Below, piece by piece: positions 18,831 to 28,016 of a stretch of 64,000 bases of DNA. The notes beneath the pieces are model-generated. The model ran no database searches, had not been told where the DNA came from, and saw only the letters and a program-made list of their open reading frames with translations. Position numbers and translations under genes: made by a program. The DNA comes from an uncultured Gemmatimonadales bacterium. GTDB lineage: Bacteria > Gemmatimonadota > Gemmatimonadetes > Gemmatimonadales > Gemmatimonadaceae. The first letter of the stretch is position 1, and every line of letters starts with the position of its first letter. The DNA is taken from assembly GCA_963851265.1 (NCBI GenBank), contig CAWKNZ010000002.1, positions 1,152,001 to 1,216,000 of the forward strand. Direction: 5' to 3'.

Positions 18831-19718
18831 ATGGCCTCTTCCTCGCCGCCGGTCGCGCGCGTTGGCGTCGTCGGTCACCCGCGGTATGACGGGTTGCCCG
18901 AGGTGCTGCGGCAACTTCGGGCGATCGCGGCCCCGCTCGGCCTCACGCTCTCGCCCGAGTCGGCGCTGCTCGCGGCGCTCCCGGGCTCGCAGCCACTCAC
19001 CGAGCACACGCCCGTCGACGCGCTCCTCAGCCTCGGCGGTGATGGCACGTTGCTGCGCGCGGCTCGTTTCCTCGCCGGCCGGCCGATCCCGATTCTCGGT
19101 GTGAATCTCGGGCGCCTCGGATTCCTCACGAGTCTGGGGGCAGACGGGCTCGAAGCCGGCGTGCGCCGCCTCGCAGCGGGCGATTACCTCGCCGAAGCGC
19201 GACTCGCGCTCGCCGCTCGCGTGATCGCGGCCGACGGCACGGTTCGCCATTCGTGGCGTTCGCTCAACGACGTCGTACTCCACAAGGGGGGATTCGCGCG
19301 GGTCGTCCGGTTCATGGTCGAAGTCGATGGGGAACCGCTCGGCGCGTTCGCCGCGGACGGCGTCGTCGTGTCGACGCCCACGGGATCGACGGCGTACAGT
19401 CTGAGCGCCGGCGGCCCTGTCGTCGTGCCCACGGTCGACTCGATGGTCCTCACGCCGGTGTCGCCTCACACGCTCGCGATCCGACCCATCGTGCTGCCCG
19501 CGACCGCCGTCGTCCGCCTTCGCGGTGAGTGCGAGCCGGAATCGCTGCTCGCGACGTTCGACGGCCAGGTCGGCGCGCGTTTCCATACGGCCGAGACACT
19601 CGAAATCGAGCGATCGTCTTCCCCGGTGTTGGTGGTCCGGTTCAGCGACGGATCGTTCTTCGGCAGGCTACGCGAGAAGATGGGCTGGGGCGGCCTTACG
19701 GAGCGGGACGGGGTGTAG
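18831..19718 (+). CDS. nadK: NAD(+) kinase
   Basis: LGGDGTLL, GVNLGRLGFL, LNDVV, DGVVVSTPTGSTAYSLSAGGP. Confidence 0.95.
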   Translation: MASSSPPVARVGVVGHPRYDGLPEVLRQLRAIAAPLGLTLSPESALLAALPGSQPLTEHTPVDALLSLGGDGTLLRAARFLAGRPIPILGVNLGRLGFLTSLGADGLEAGVRRLAAGDYLAEARLALAARVIAADGTVRHSWRSLNDVVLHKGGFARVVRFMVEVDGEPLGAFAADGVVVSTPTGSTAYSLSAGGPVVVPTVDSMVLTPVSPHTLAIRPIVLPATAVVRLRGECEPESLLATFDGQVGARFHTAETLEIERSSSPVLVVRFSDGSFFGRLREKMGWGGLTERDGV

Positions 19719-19929
19719 CACCGGATCGCGCGAGCGCCTCGCTACGCGCGCCGAGCCACCGATGACGGGTCCTCGCGCGGTGGCGCGGGGGTGAGACGTG
19801 CCGCCATTTCGGGGAGTCGTCCGCGTGTCGAACGGTCCCATGGGCGGAGCGGCGGAGCCCCCGACGGGGTAGAATGGAACGAGCGGTCGTCCGCGCTGCG
19901 GCGGCGGTCGTTTCTACGTCCCACGCTGC

Positions 19930-21723
19930 ATGCTGACAGAGCTCCGCATCCGGAACTTCGCCATCATCGACTCGCTCGCGCTTCCGCTCGCGCGCGGGTT
20001 CAACGTGTTGTCCGGCGAAACCGGGGCGGGGAAGTCGATCATCGTCGGTGCGCTCGGCCTGCTACTCGGTGAGCGCGCGAGCACCGAGCTGATCCGCACC
20101 GGCGCCGACCGTGCGACGGTCGAGGGCACGTTCGACGTGGACGGACGTGACGACCTCGCCGCGCTGCTCGACGCACGCGGAATCGATGTGGACGCGCGAA
20201 CGGTCGTGCTCAAGCGCGAGGTTGCGACCGGAGGGCGCACCCGCGCGTGGGCCAACGGCACGCCGGTGACGGCCGGCGTGCTGGCGGAGATCGGGCGCCT
20301 GCTCGTCAACCTCCACGGCCAGCACGAGGCGCAGACCCTGCTCGACGCCGAATCGCAGCGCCGCACGCTCGACGCGTTCGCCGGCGCGCAGGGGCAGGCC
20401 GAGCGCGTGCGCGCGGCGGCGGCGGCGCTGGATGCGGTGCGCGCCGAGATTCGTGCGCTCGACGCGCGGCGCGCCGAGGCGGAGCGCCGCGCCGACTACC
20501 TGCGCCACGTCGCCAAGGAGATCGAGGACGCGCGCGTGGTCGTCGGCGAGGACGAGCGGCTCGAAGAGGAGGCGCGCCGCCTCGAGCACGCCGACGAGTT
20601 GCGGACGCTGGCGGCCGGCGCGTCGGCGCTCCTGGACGGCGCCGAGGACGCCGTACTCCAGCAGCTCGCTGCAGTGCATCGCGCGTTAGGCACGCTGGAG
20701 CGCATCGACGCGTCGCTCGCGCGTTTCGGGGAGCTGTACGACGCGGCGTTTTACGCGCTCGAAGAGTTGTCGCGCGAACTCGTCGACTACGAGCGAGGCG
20801 TGGAGCTCGACCCCGAGCGGCTGCAGGACGTTCAGCGCCGGCGCGACCTCCTGTTCCGGCTCACCAAGAAGTACGGCCCCACGCTGGCGAACGTCGTCGA
20901 CCAGGGTCGTCGCGCGCGCGAGGAGCTCGACCTGGTCGACTCCGCCGACGCCGACCTTCGCGCACTCGAGCTCCGCGAGGCGGCGGCGCGCGACGAGCTC
21001 GCGCGGGCGGCCGCCGAGCTCACGGCACGCCGCACGGCCGCGTCCGACCAGTTGAGCGAGGCCGTCGAGCGCGTCTTCCCGGACCTCGGGATGGCCGACG
21101 GGCGGTTCCGGGTCGCGCTCACACCCCGCGCCGAGCCGGCGGCGACCGGCGCCGAGGACGTCGAGTTCCGCGTCGCGCTGAACGTCGGCCACGACGCACG
21201 CCCGCTCGCGCGCGCGGCCAGCGGCGGCGAACTCTCCCGGGTGATGCTCGCGCTCAAGACCATCCTCGCGCGGCTCGACCGCGTGCCGACGCTCGTGTTC
21301 GATGAAGTCGACGCCGGGATTGGCGGCCGCGTCGGCCTGCTCGTCGGTGAGACGATGCGGCGCGTCGCGGATCACCACCAGGTGTTCGCGATCTCGCACC
21401 TGCCGCAGCTCGCGGCGCGCGCCCACCACCACATCCTCGTCAGCAAGGGCGCGCGCGACGGCGTGACGACGGCAGACGTGAGGGTGCTCGCGGGCGACGC
21501 GCGGGTGACGGAAGTCGCGCGGATGCTCGGCGGGGACGCCGAGAGCCCGGTGAGCCGCGCGCACGCGCGCGAACTGCTCGACGACGCGGTTCGCACCTCG
21601 GCGAGCAACGGCGCGGCCGCGCCCGCCCCGGCACCGCCCTCCAGTCCTGCGCCCGGCGTGCCCGGGACTAACGGCGCCCGCGCAGCCCGCCGTACACCCG
21701 CAGCGAGAGCACGTCCGAGCTGA
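19930..21723 (+). CDS. recN: DNA repair protein RecN
   Basis: Walker A SGETGAGKS, HGQHE, signature ASGGELSRVMLA, Walker B FDEVDAGIGG, ISHLPQ, EVARMLGG. Confidence 0.96.
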   Translation: MLTELRIRNFAIIDSLALPLARGFNVLSGETGAGKSIIVGALGLLLGERASTELIRTGADRATVEGTFDVDGRDDLAALLDARGIDVDARTVVLKREVATGGRTRAWANGTPVTAGVLAEIGRLLVNLHGQHEAQTLLDAESQRRTLDAFAGAQGQAERVRAAAAALDAVRAEIRALDARRAEAERRADYLRHVAKEIEDARVVVGEDERLEEEARRLEHADELRTLAAGASALLDGAEDAVLQQLAAVHRALGTLERIDASLARFGELYDAAFYALEELSRELVDYERGVELDPERLQDVQRRRDLLFRLTKKYGPTLANVVDQGRRAREELDLVDSADADLRALELREAAARDELARAAAELTARRTAASDQLSEAVERVFPDLGMADGRFRVALTPRAEPAATGAEDVEFRVALNVGHDARPLARAASGGELSRVMLALKTILARLDRVPTLVFDEVDAGIGGRVGLLVGETMRRVADHHQVFAISHLPQLAARAHHHILVSKGARDGVTTADVRVLAGDARVTEVARMLGGDAESPVSRAHARELLDDAVRTSASNGAAAPAPAPPSSPAPGVPGTNGARAARRTPAARARPS

Positions 21724-23347
21724 GCCGCGGCTGGGTGCCGCCGCCGCCCGCGGCGGTGACCGCGTGCAGGTAGCTCAGCTCGATCGGGAGTCGAGCACGA
21801 CCTCGCGACCACGCCGTCATCGTCGAGTACGACAGCCCAAGCCCGACGCGCGCCTCCCGCTGCGCCGTGCCGATGCCTAACGAAGAGGCGTCGAACGTCA
21901 CCGGCGGCCCGCCCGTCTCGTCCGCGGTGGCCGTGTACTGGCCGGTGTAGCGATCCGCCGCGCGCGCGCGAACGAGCGCCTGCCCCCACACGGCGAACGT
22001 CTCGCCCGTCGCGTATCGCGGATTCAGTTCGACCTGGACCTCGCGCCCGAGCTGTCGGCTGACCTCTCGCTCGCGGAAGAGCGGGACGTAGCCGGAGTCG
22101 AACGCGGCCGGCACGCGCAGCCGGCGCGTGTCGCCGAACGGCGCGGCGAGGCGGACCGCGCCGGAGATCGACACGCGCGGATTGAACACCACGTCGGTGA
22201 TCGAACGCAGGAGCAGCCCGTACGCACCGGTCGCGGGCGGCACGTCCAGCAGGATCCCCGGTACTTCGTACCGCCCGGTCCCTAACCGAACTCCGGCGAC
22301 GATCGTGCTCCGCACGCGCCGGCCCGCCGAGGTCGCACGCGAGCGCGCCATCCCACGCGCGTCCCGCGCGTCGTCGAACGTGTTCAGCCATTGATACATC
22401 GCGGTGAGCTCGACGTCACCGATCCCCCAATGGCGGAAGCCGCCGCCGAGCGAATCGGCTGCGGCCAGCCCGAACGACGTGTCCGCGACGGCGACGTGGT
22501 AGCCGGCGATCCCGATCCGCGCCTGCGCCGCGTACGGGACGGCGGTCGTGTCGAGCGTGACGCCGTCCGCGCGCGCACTGGCCGCGAGCCGCCCGAGTCG
22601 TTGGATGACCGCGGCCTGCGCGGCCGACCCTACGAGCGGGACCGCGTTTGCGCCCGGTGCCGTCCCGTTGCCGTAGACGCTGGCGAGCGCGGTCGCGAAG
22701 CGCGCGAGCGAGTCCGCGAGCGCGCTCGCGCCCGCGCTCTTGAGCGCCGCCGCGGCGGTCGTGAGGGCCTGCTGCGCCCGCAGGTTCGCCGCGTTCGCGG
22801 TCGACACCGTCGTCGCGTCGGCGTACCGAGAGTTGGCCGGGTTCAGCCCGAAATTCCCGTCCTTGCCCCCGGGGTTGACCGTGGGGGCGATGGACGTGCG
22901 CGTGCGCGTGATCGGCACCAGCACGCCGAACGCGAGCCGGCGCGAGAGCCCGACCTCGAGCGACAGTGGCACACTCAGCGTCTGGGCGTATCCGCTCACC
23001 TGCACCCGCCCGAGTGACAGGGCGAGCGCGCTGTTGCCGGTGATGGCGCGCAGCGTGTCGCGCACGGCGCGCAGTCGTGGGAGCTGCGTCACGCCGAACG
23101 AGTCGGTCGAGAACGCGCTTCCCACGCCCGCGCGCGCGCCACCGGCGAACGTCGATCCCCACGCCGTCACGTTCGGCGTCGCGCGAGCGCGCACCTGGCC
23201 GGGGGCGGGCAGCGTAGCGTCTTCGCCGCCGCCGAGGACGGCCTGGGCGGCGAGGTCACGCGCGCCGGCCAGCGACGCCGTGAGGGCGGCCGCTGCCAGG
23301 AGACCGGGCGCGCGGTGATTACGGAACGGCAAACCTTTGCTCCACAA
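21668..23347 (-). CDS. Exported/outer-membrane-like hypothetical protein (about 550 aa); start approximate (TTG 23347 or 23332)
   Basis: Signal-peptide-like GLLAAAALTASLAGARDLAAQ, then beta-strand-like segments (LSLEVGLSRRLAFGVLVP, GIGDVELTAMYQW, VGLGLSYS, LSLRVY). The longer ORF to 24757 is a shadow of the + strand gene. A promoter lies just upstream. Confidence 0.65.
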   Translation of the reverse strand: MWSKGLPFRNHRAPGLLAAAALTASLAGARDLAAQAVLGGGEDATLPAPGQVRARATPNVTAWGSTFAGGARAGVGSAFSTDSFGVTQLPRLRAVRDTLRAITGNSALALSLGRVQVSGYAQTLSVPLSLEVGLSRRLAFGVLVPITRTRTSIAPTVNPGGKDGNFGLNPANSRYADATTVSTANAANLRAQQALTTAAAALKSAGASALADSLARFATALASVYGNGTAPGANAVPLVGSAAQAAVIQRLGRLAASARADGVTLDTTAVPYAAQARIGIAGYHVAVADTSFGLAAADSLGGGFRHWGIGDVELTAMYQWLNTFDDARDARGMARSRATSAGRRVRSTIVAGVRLGTGRYEVPGILLDVPPATGAYGLLLRSITDVVFNPRVSISGAVRLAAPFGDTRRLRVPAAFDSGYVPLFREREVSRQLGREVQVELNPRYATGETFAVWGQALVRARAADRYTGQYTATADETGGPPVTFDASSLGIGTAQREARVGLGLSYSTMTAWSRGRARLPIELSYLHAVTAAGGGGTQPRLSSDVLSLRVYGGLRGRR

Positions 23348-23387
23348 CGCGTTAGACGATGCGCCGTGAGCCGGGCGCGCGGGGGCT

Positions 23388-23416
23388 AGATTAGCCGCGC
23401 CGCGGGGGAGCGTCAA
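23388..23416 (-). promoter_or_regulatory. Putative sigma70 promoter for the exported protein gene
   Basis: Minus strand TTGACG (23416-23411), 17-bp spacer, TAATCT (23393-23388). Confidence 0.6.
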
Positions 23417-23452
23417 CGTGGCGCCCCGCACGCGGTCCCCTTTCGTCCAACC

Positions 23453-25258
23453 GTGCCAACACTCCCGCCCACGCAGGTTCCCTGGCAAGTCACCGGCAAT
23501 CACTGGCTGTCGCTGCCGTGCATCCACCCGGCGGACGGCGCGGTTCACGCGGTCGGGGTACTTCACCGCGGGGCGCGCGCGGCCGTCGAGTTCGCCGGCG
23601 ACGCCGAGTTCCTCGCCGGGACCGGGCCCGCGTTGCTGCGCCCGGTGCTGCGCGTGGACGGCGTGGTGCGCGAGGTCGGCGGTGAGGGCGGAGCGATCGC
23701 GTGGGAGCGGGCCATGCACTGGCTGCCGACGTTCACGTCGACGCTCGCCGATTCCCTCGTCGTGCGCGGAACGATCTTCGCGCCGCACGGGCGCGACGCC
23801 GACCTGTCCGGCGCGGTGTACACGATCGCCGTCGAGAACCGGGGCGCCGCCGCCGTCGACATCGAACTCGCGCTCGAGGGCACGCTCGGGCACCGGCAGC
23901 TGCGCGTCCGCTCTCCACGCCCGTTCGACGACGCGCCGCGCGTGCACCGCGGCGCCGACGACGTGCTGGTGCTTGAAGGCGCGGCGCTCCCGGGACTCGT
24001 CGCAATCGCACTCGGGGCGGACGGCGAGGCGCGCGTCGAGATCGACGACGCCGGAGCGGGTGGCGCGCCGCGGTACGCGGTCCGACGCGCGTTCCGGGTC
24101 GAGCGGGGCACGACGCAGCAGGCCGCCTTCTATCTCGCCGCCGGCCCGGAGCGCGACGGCGCCCAGGCGACGGTCGCGGCGATGCGTCGCCGCGGATGGC
24201 GTGAGCTGCTCGCCCGCACGCGCGACGCGCTGCGCGACCTCGAGCAGACCACCGGCAACGCCGCCATCGACCGGCTGCTCAATCGAAACCTGCTGTTCGC
24301 GTACTTCTACGGCTGCGGGCGCGCACTCGACGACGCGCATTTCTACCTCGCGCGCACGCGCTCTCCCGCCCACGGACTCGGAGTCACGGTCCGCGACTGG
24401 GAGGCACTCACGTGGACGCTGCCGGCCGTACAGTTGGCCGACCCGGGCCTTGCGCGTGAACTCCTGCTGCGTGCGTGCGAGCTGCTCGGCTACGCGCCCG
24501 GCGACGGCGTGCGCTACCTCGACGGCACCTTGTTCGAGCCCGGATTCTCGCTCGAGGGTGCGGCGGCGTATGCCCTCGCCGCGGATCGCTACGTGCGCGA
24601 TACCAACGACGACCAGGTGATCGAGGAGGGCGTGCTCGCCGACACTCTCTACGCGGCCCACGACGACATCGCGGCACGGCGCGACGAGCGGCAGCCGCTC
24701 TACTCCACCGCGGTCGGCGTGTCGGGCGACCCGGTCGCGCATCCGTACACGCTGCACGGGAACGCGGTTGTCGCGCAGGCGCTCGCCGTCTTCCGGCGCA
24801 CGCTCGACGAGGAGACCGCGAAGTCGGTCCAGGACCCGGAGGCCGTGCGCGCCGCGCTCGCGCGTCAGTTCGGCGTCGAACGCGAGGGGAAGACGGTGTT
24901 CGCCGCCGCGATCGACCTCAAGGGCGCGAGCGCCGAGCGCGACGACCCGGTCGGCTCGGCGCTGTGGCTCCCGCTGTACGACGCGGTGGAACGCAGCGAC
25001 TCGACGTACCGCCGCACCGCGCGCGCGTTAGGCCCCGAGCACGCGGGCCAGCTCGCCGCACAGATCGCGCGCCTCCTCGGGCCCGACGCGCCACAGATGC
25101 TCCAGTGGCTGCGCCGCGCGCCTCTCGACCAAGGCGTCGCGGCGGAGTTCGTCGACGAGGAGGGGCGCGCGACGGGAAACGGCGGCGACGCCGCGCTCTC
25201 CGGGCTGCTCGCCGCGACCGTGTGGCACGCCGTGCACGTCCTCGGGGTCACGCCGTAA
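23453..25258 (+). CDS. Six-hairpin glycosidase-like protein (GH125/DUF1237-like), possibly degenerate
   Basis: NLLFAYFYGCGRALD, RTRSP, WTLPAVQLADPGLARELL, YLDGTLFEPGFSLE, DPVAHPYTLHGN, APLDQGVAAEFVD recall metal-independent alpha-mannosidase family proteins. Assigned from recalled motifs only. Confidence 0.6.
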   Translation: MPTLPPTQVPWQVTGNHWLSLPCIHPADGAVHAVGVLHRGARAAVEFAGDAEFLAGTGPALLRPVLRVDGVVREVGGEGGAIAWERAMHWLPTFTSTLADSLVVRGTIFAPHGRDADLSGAVYTIAVENRGAAAVDIELALEGTLGHRQLRVRSPRPFDDAPRVHRGADDVLVLEGAALPGLVAIALGADGEARVEIDDAGAGGAPRYAVRRAFRVERGTTQQAAFYLAAGPERDGAQATVAAMRRRGWRELLARTRDALRDLEQTTGNAAIDRLLNRNLLFAYFYGCGRALDDAHFYLARTRSPAHGLGVTVRDWEALTWTLPAVQLADPGLARELLLRACELLGYAPGDGVRYLDGTLFEPGFSLEGAAAYALAADRYVRDTNDDQVIEEGVLADTLYAAHDDIAARRDERQPLYSTAVGVSGDPVAHPYTLHGNAVVAQALAVFRRTLDEETAKSVQDPEAVRAALARQFGVEREGKTVFAAAIDLKGASAERDDPVGSALWLPLYDAVERSDSTYRRTARALGPEHAGQLAAQIARLLGPDAPQMLQWLRRAPLDQGVAAEFVDEEGRATGNGGDAALSGLLAATVWHAVHVLGVTP

Positions 25259-25263
25259 CCGGC

Positions 25264-25292
25264 TTGCCTGTCGGGGCGGGCGCGGCTACGTT
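25264..25292 (+). promoter_or_regulatory. Putative sigma70 promoter of the tRNA-Gly/tRNA-Leu pair
   Basis: TTGCCT (25264-25269), 17-bp spacer, TACGTT (25287-25292), 11 bp before the tRNA. Confidence 0.6.
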
Positions 25293-25303
25293 CGATCGAC
25301 CGC

Positions 25304-25376
25304 GCGGGAATAGCTCAGTTGGTAGAGCACAACCTTGCCAAGGTTGGGGTCGCGGGTTCGAGTCCCGTTTCCCGCT
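25304..25376 (+). tRNA. tRNA-Gly (anticodon GCC); CCA not encoded
   Basis: GCGGGAA/TTCCCGC acceptor stem, D-arm TAGCTCAGTTGGTAGAGC, anticodon arm CAACC-TTGCCAA-GGTTG, T-loop GGTTCGAGTCC. Confidence 0.97.
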
Positions 25377-25463
25377 CTCGTACGTGGCGCGGACGTCCTC
25401 CATGGACGTCCGCGCTCGTCGTTTCTGCGCGCGGTACGCGCCGCACCAGCGCTGCCGCGAACG

Positions 25464-25546
25464 GCCCGGATGGCGAAATCGGTAGACGCATGGGTCTTAA
25501 AAACCCTGGCCCTCTGGGCGTGCGGGTTCGAGTCCCGCTCCGGGCA
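25464..25546 (+). tRNA. tRNA-Leu (anticodon TAA), long variable arm; CCA not encoded
   Basis: GCCCGGA/TCCGGGC acceptor stem, D-loop TGGCGAAATCGGTAGACGCA, anticodon GGGT-CTTAAAA-ACCC, variable arm GCCC-TCT-GGGC, T-loop GGTTCGAGTCC, discriminator A. Confidence 0.94.
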
Positions 25547-25551
25547 TGACG

Positions 25552-25590
25552 CAGGGGGCCCGCGACGATGTCCGTCGCGGGCCCCCTGTT
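25552..25590. terminator. Hairpin terminator between the tRNA pair and the convergent Rad52-like gene
   Basis: CAGGGGGCCCGCGACG...CGTCGCGGGCCCCCTG inverted repeat followed by TTC. Confidence 0.65.
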
Positions 25591-25633
25591 CACGTCGGCG
25601 TGCGCCGCCGACGAGACCGCGCGGTCCACGCCA

Positions 25634-26530
25634 TCAGAACGGCAGGTCGTCGCCGTCGATCGGAGAGCCTAACGGCGCCGCGTCGAACCGCGGCTCGGGC
25701 GATGCCGCGGCTGCCGCGCGCGCACGCGACGGTGCGCGACCGTTCGCCCGCGCCGGCGGAGTTCCGGCGGCTGCCGGCGAGGCTGGCACTTCGGCCGGTT
25801 CCCCGGGGCGCGGCGGCCAAACGACGCCGTCACAGCTTCGATCGCGACACTTGAAGTCAGGCGCCTTCGGATTGCGCTTGGTGAGCCGGTTGTCCCACAT
25901 CCGTCCGCTGCACTTCGGGCACGTCGGGTCGTCGGTAGCCCCCGCGCCGGACTGGGCGGCCGACGCGAACTCATCATCGTCGGCGGGGATCGGCTCGACA
26001 CTCGGCTGACGCGCGGTGACCGGCCGTCGCGTGTCGGCCGCAGCGGTCCGTCGAGCGTCGGCAGCGGCCGGCTCGTCGACGGGGCGCGGCACGTCCGGGC
26101 CGTCGACGACCACCCAGTTCGGCTCGCGCCCGTTGAGCTCGTGACCGATCCCGAAGCGCACCGCGGCGCGCGCGAGCGCGTCGTTCGCCGCGCTCTTGTA
26201 GTCGGGACCGGTGCCGACGTCTTCCCGGATCACGCCGAGGATCTGAAGGCGAGCCTTGAACGCGCATTCCGGTGTGTCACCGGCACGCGTTGGCAGCGAG
26301 GGGAGTAGCTCGAGCGTGAGATCCCACTCGCCGGGAACGACGCGATCGAGGCGCTCGCGGACGGCATTCGCGCCGGGATGCGCGACGTAGCGCACGTACC
26401 ACGCGCCGTCGCGCGCGACGGGTCCGCCGTCCTGCCGCCACGCGGTCGCGTCGGCGTCGAGGGGCGCGGCGAGCGCGGACCAGAGGTTCGGCTTGTCGAG
26501 GGAGGTGGGGGCGTCGTGGCGTGCAATCAT
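25634..26530 (-). CDS. Rad52/Rad22-family (DdrA-like) single-strand annealing protein with C-terminal C4 zinc ribbon/PDF-like motif and acidic DDLPF tail
   Basis: LAAPL...W...AH..ANAVRERLDRVVPGEW...KARLQILGVIREDVG...YKSAANDALARAAVRFGIG aligns by eye with the Deinococcus DdrA core. CPKC-x20-CRDRSC near the C-terminus. SD-like GAGAG before ATG. Confidence 0.85.
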   Translation of the reverse strand: MIARHDAPTSLDKPNLWSALAAPLDADATAWRQDGGPVARDGAWYVRYVAHPGANAVRERLDRVVPGEWDLTLELLPSLPTRAGDTPECAFKARLQILGVIREDVGTGPDYKSAANDALARAAVRFGIGHELNGREPNWVVVDGPDVPRPVDEPAAADARRTAAADTRRPVTARQPSVEPIPADDDEFASAAQSGAGATDDPTCPKCSGRMWDNRLTKRNPKAPDFKCRDRSCDGVVWPPRPGEPAEVPASPAAAGTPPARANGRAPSRARAAAAASPEPRFDAAPLGSPIDGDDLPF

Positions 26531-26675
26531 GCGACTCTCATCCGTCCAGTCTGAGGCTGCCCCGGTCGAGGGGGCGTGAGGTGAACCGCTACCGCGCGGA
26601 ACGTGTGCGTCGGGTGCCGGCCGCCGCGCGCGACGTGCACCCCAGGTGCGACCGCGAAGTCGCCGTACGTGGTGG

Positions 26676-27656
26676 TCAGCGCCCGCGCGCGTGTCCCGCG
26701 CGTTGCGCCTTGAGCTCGGCGTGCACGTCGCGCACGGCGACGCAGGTCGCGCCGTGCACGCAGTACCAGCCGTGGCGGTCGAAGAACACGAGATGCACGG
26801 TCGCCGTCCCCGCGACCTGCTCGTCTACCCGGTACAGCTGTTCGACGCACGTGCTCGGGCCGCAGCGCGCGCACGGGTCGAGCGCCTTGATCCGCACGAG
26901 CCGCGTGCCGGCCGTTGTTCCGGTGGCCGGTTTCCGACCGCCACGCCCGCGTGTGCCGGTCGACGTTGCGAGTCGCGCGGCAACACGGCCCAGCGGCTTC
27001 TCGTCGGCCACCGCCCGCCGCGCGAGCTTCGAGCGCGCCGACGAACCGGAAGCGATTTCCTTCGATGCGCCCCGCACGGGCACGCCTCGCACCTGCACCC
27101 CGAGCGCCGATTTCGATGCGTTCGTTCTGCCGGGCGCGACGCGAGCGGGCTCGCTCACGCGAGCTGACGACTTGCGCCCGACCACTTTCGGGGGTTGCAA
27201 AATCGCGGTCGCCGGCCTCGGCGCGACGGCGCGTGAGCGCGCCGTCGGCGGTTGAGCGCGGTCGGACGCGGCGCGCGTCGTCGAACCCGCGCCCGCGCGC
27301 GCGTTGGAAGGCGCAGACGCGGGCGCGGCGCCACGCGTCCGCGCTGTCTTGGCCGGCGCACCGACATCGCGCGCGCGCGGTGATCGCGGCGAGCCGGTGC
27401 TCGCCGCCGGGCGCGTCGGGGTCGGCACCGCGCGCGATACGGCGGCCTTCGTCGTCGCGACGCGCCCCACCCCCTTGCCGCCCTGCGCGCGTGTCGAGCT
27501 CGGCGACGCGCCGCGCGTGGCCACGACCGCAACGCTCTTCGACGCCGGTGCGCGCTTGTGTGCGGCCGCTCCGGTCTCTCCAGAACGCGACGGCGCGGCC
27601 TTGGCGATCGGCGACTTCGTGGGGGTACGGCGTGACGCAGAACGCGTGGACGGCAC
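26676..27656 (-). CDS. Hypothetical protein: long basic Ala/Arg/Ser/Thr/Lys-rich disordered region plus a small Cys/His C-terminal domain
   Basis: Open frame of 326 aa. Globular-looking C-terminus LDPCARCGPSTCVEQLYRVDE...VHLVFFDRHGWYCVHGATC. Strong promoter 40 bp upstream of the start. Confidence 0.65.
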   Translation of the reverse strand: MPSTRSASRRTPTKSPIAKAAPSRSGETGAAAHKRAPASKSVAVVATRGASPSSTRAQGGKGVGRVATTKAAVSRAVPTPTRPAASTGSPRSPRARDVGAPAKTARTRGAAPASAPSNARAGAGSTTRAASDRAQPPTARSRAVAPRPATAILQPPKVVGRKSSARVSEPARVAPGRTNASKSALGVQVRGVPVRGASKEIASGSSARSKLARRAVADEKPLGRVAARLATSTGTRGRGGRKPATGTTAGTRLVRIKALDPCARCGPSTCVEQLYRVDEQVAGTATVHLVFFDRHGWYCVHGATCVAVRDVHAELKAQRAGHARGR

Positions 27657-27695
27657 GTCGGCGGGGGCAGGAGAACGGGCGGCGTATCGGACCGA

Positions 27696-27724
27696 ATATT
27701 ACCCGAAAGTCGCGGTTCGGTCAA
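27696..27724 (-). promoter_or_regulatory. Sigma70-type promoter for the basic protein gene (and possibly the Rad52-like gene)
   Basis: Minus strand TTGACC (27724-27719), 17-bp spacer, TAATAT (27701-27696). Confidence 0.7.
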
Positions 27725-28016
27725 CGCGCCACGGACCCGCCGGACCGATCCGGCTAGTAGACGCTAAGTCGCTGCGCCGTAATGTTTTACACGGGATGGC
27801 GGCGACGAGTTCCGGCGGTGGATCCGCGGCCGCTCGCGAGCCCAGTCGCGCCGGACCACGCCGGCCGCCACGCCGCGTCCGTCGATTCGCCGATTGCCGA
27901 CCGGCAGGGCGCGAGAGTCGCGCGCCCGCATCGCCGCGGGGGGCGATCCGCGACGCGGTACGTGGCGCGCGACGTGCAACCGCGCCCCGACGACCACCCC
28001 TACCACGAGGATCGAC

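Noticed and set aside
19870..19890. Possible LexA box (GAAC-N4-GGTC) upstream of recN
   Set aside because: It mismatches GAAC-N4-GTTC, I saw no similar site upstream of the Rad52-like gene, and I do not know this lineage's LexA motif.
23348..24757. 5' extension of the 1029-aa minus-strand ORF 21668..24757
   Set aside because: It is antisense to the 601-aa + strand gene, and a signal peptide plus promoter place the real start near 23347.
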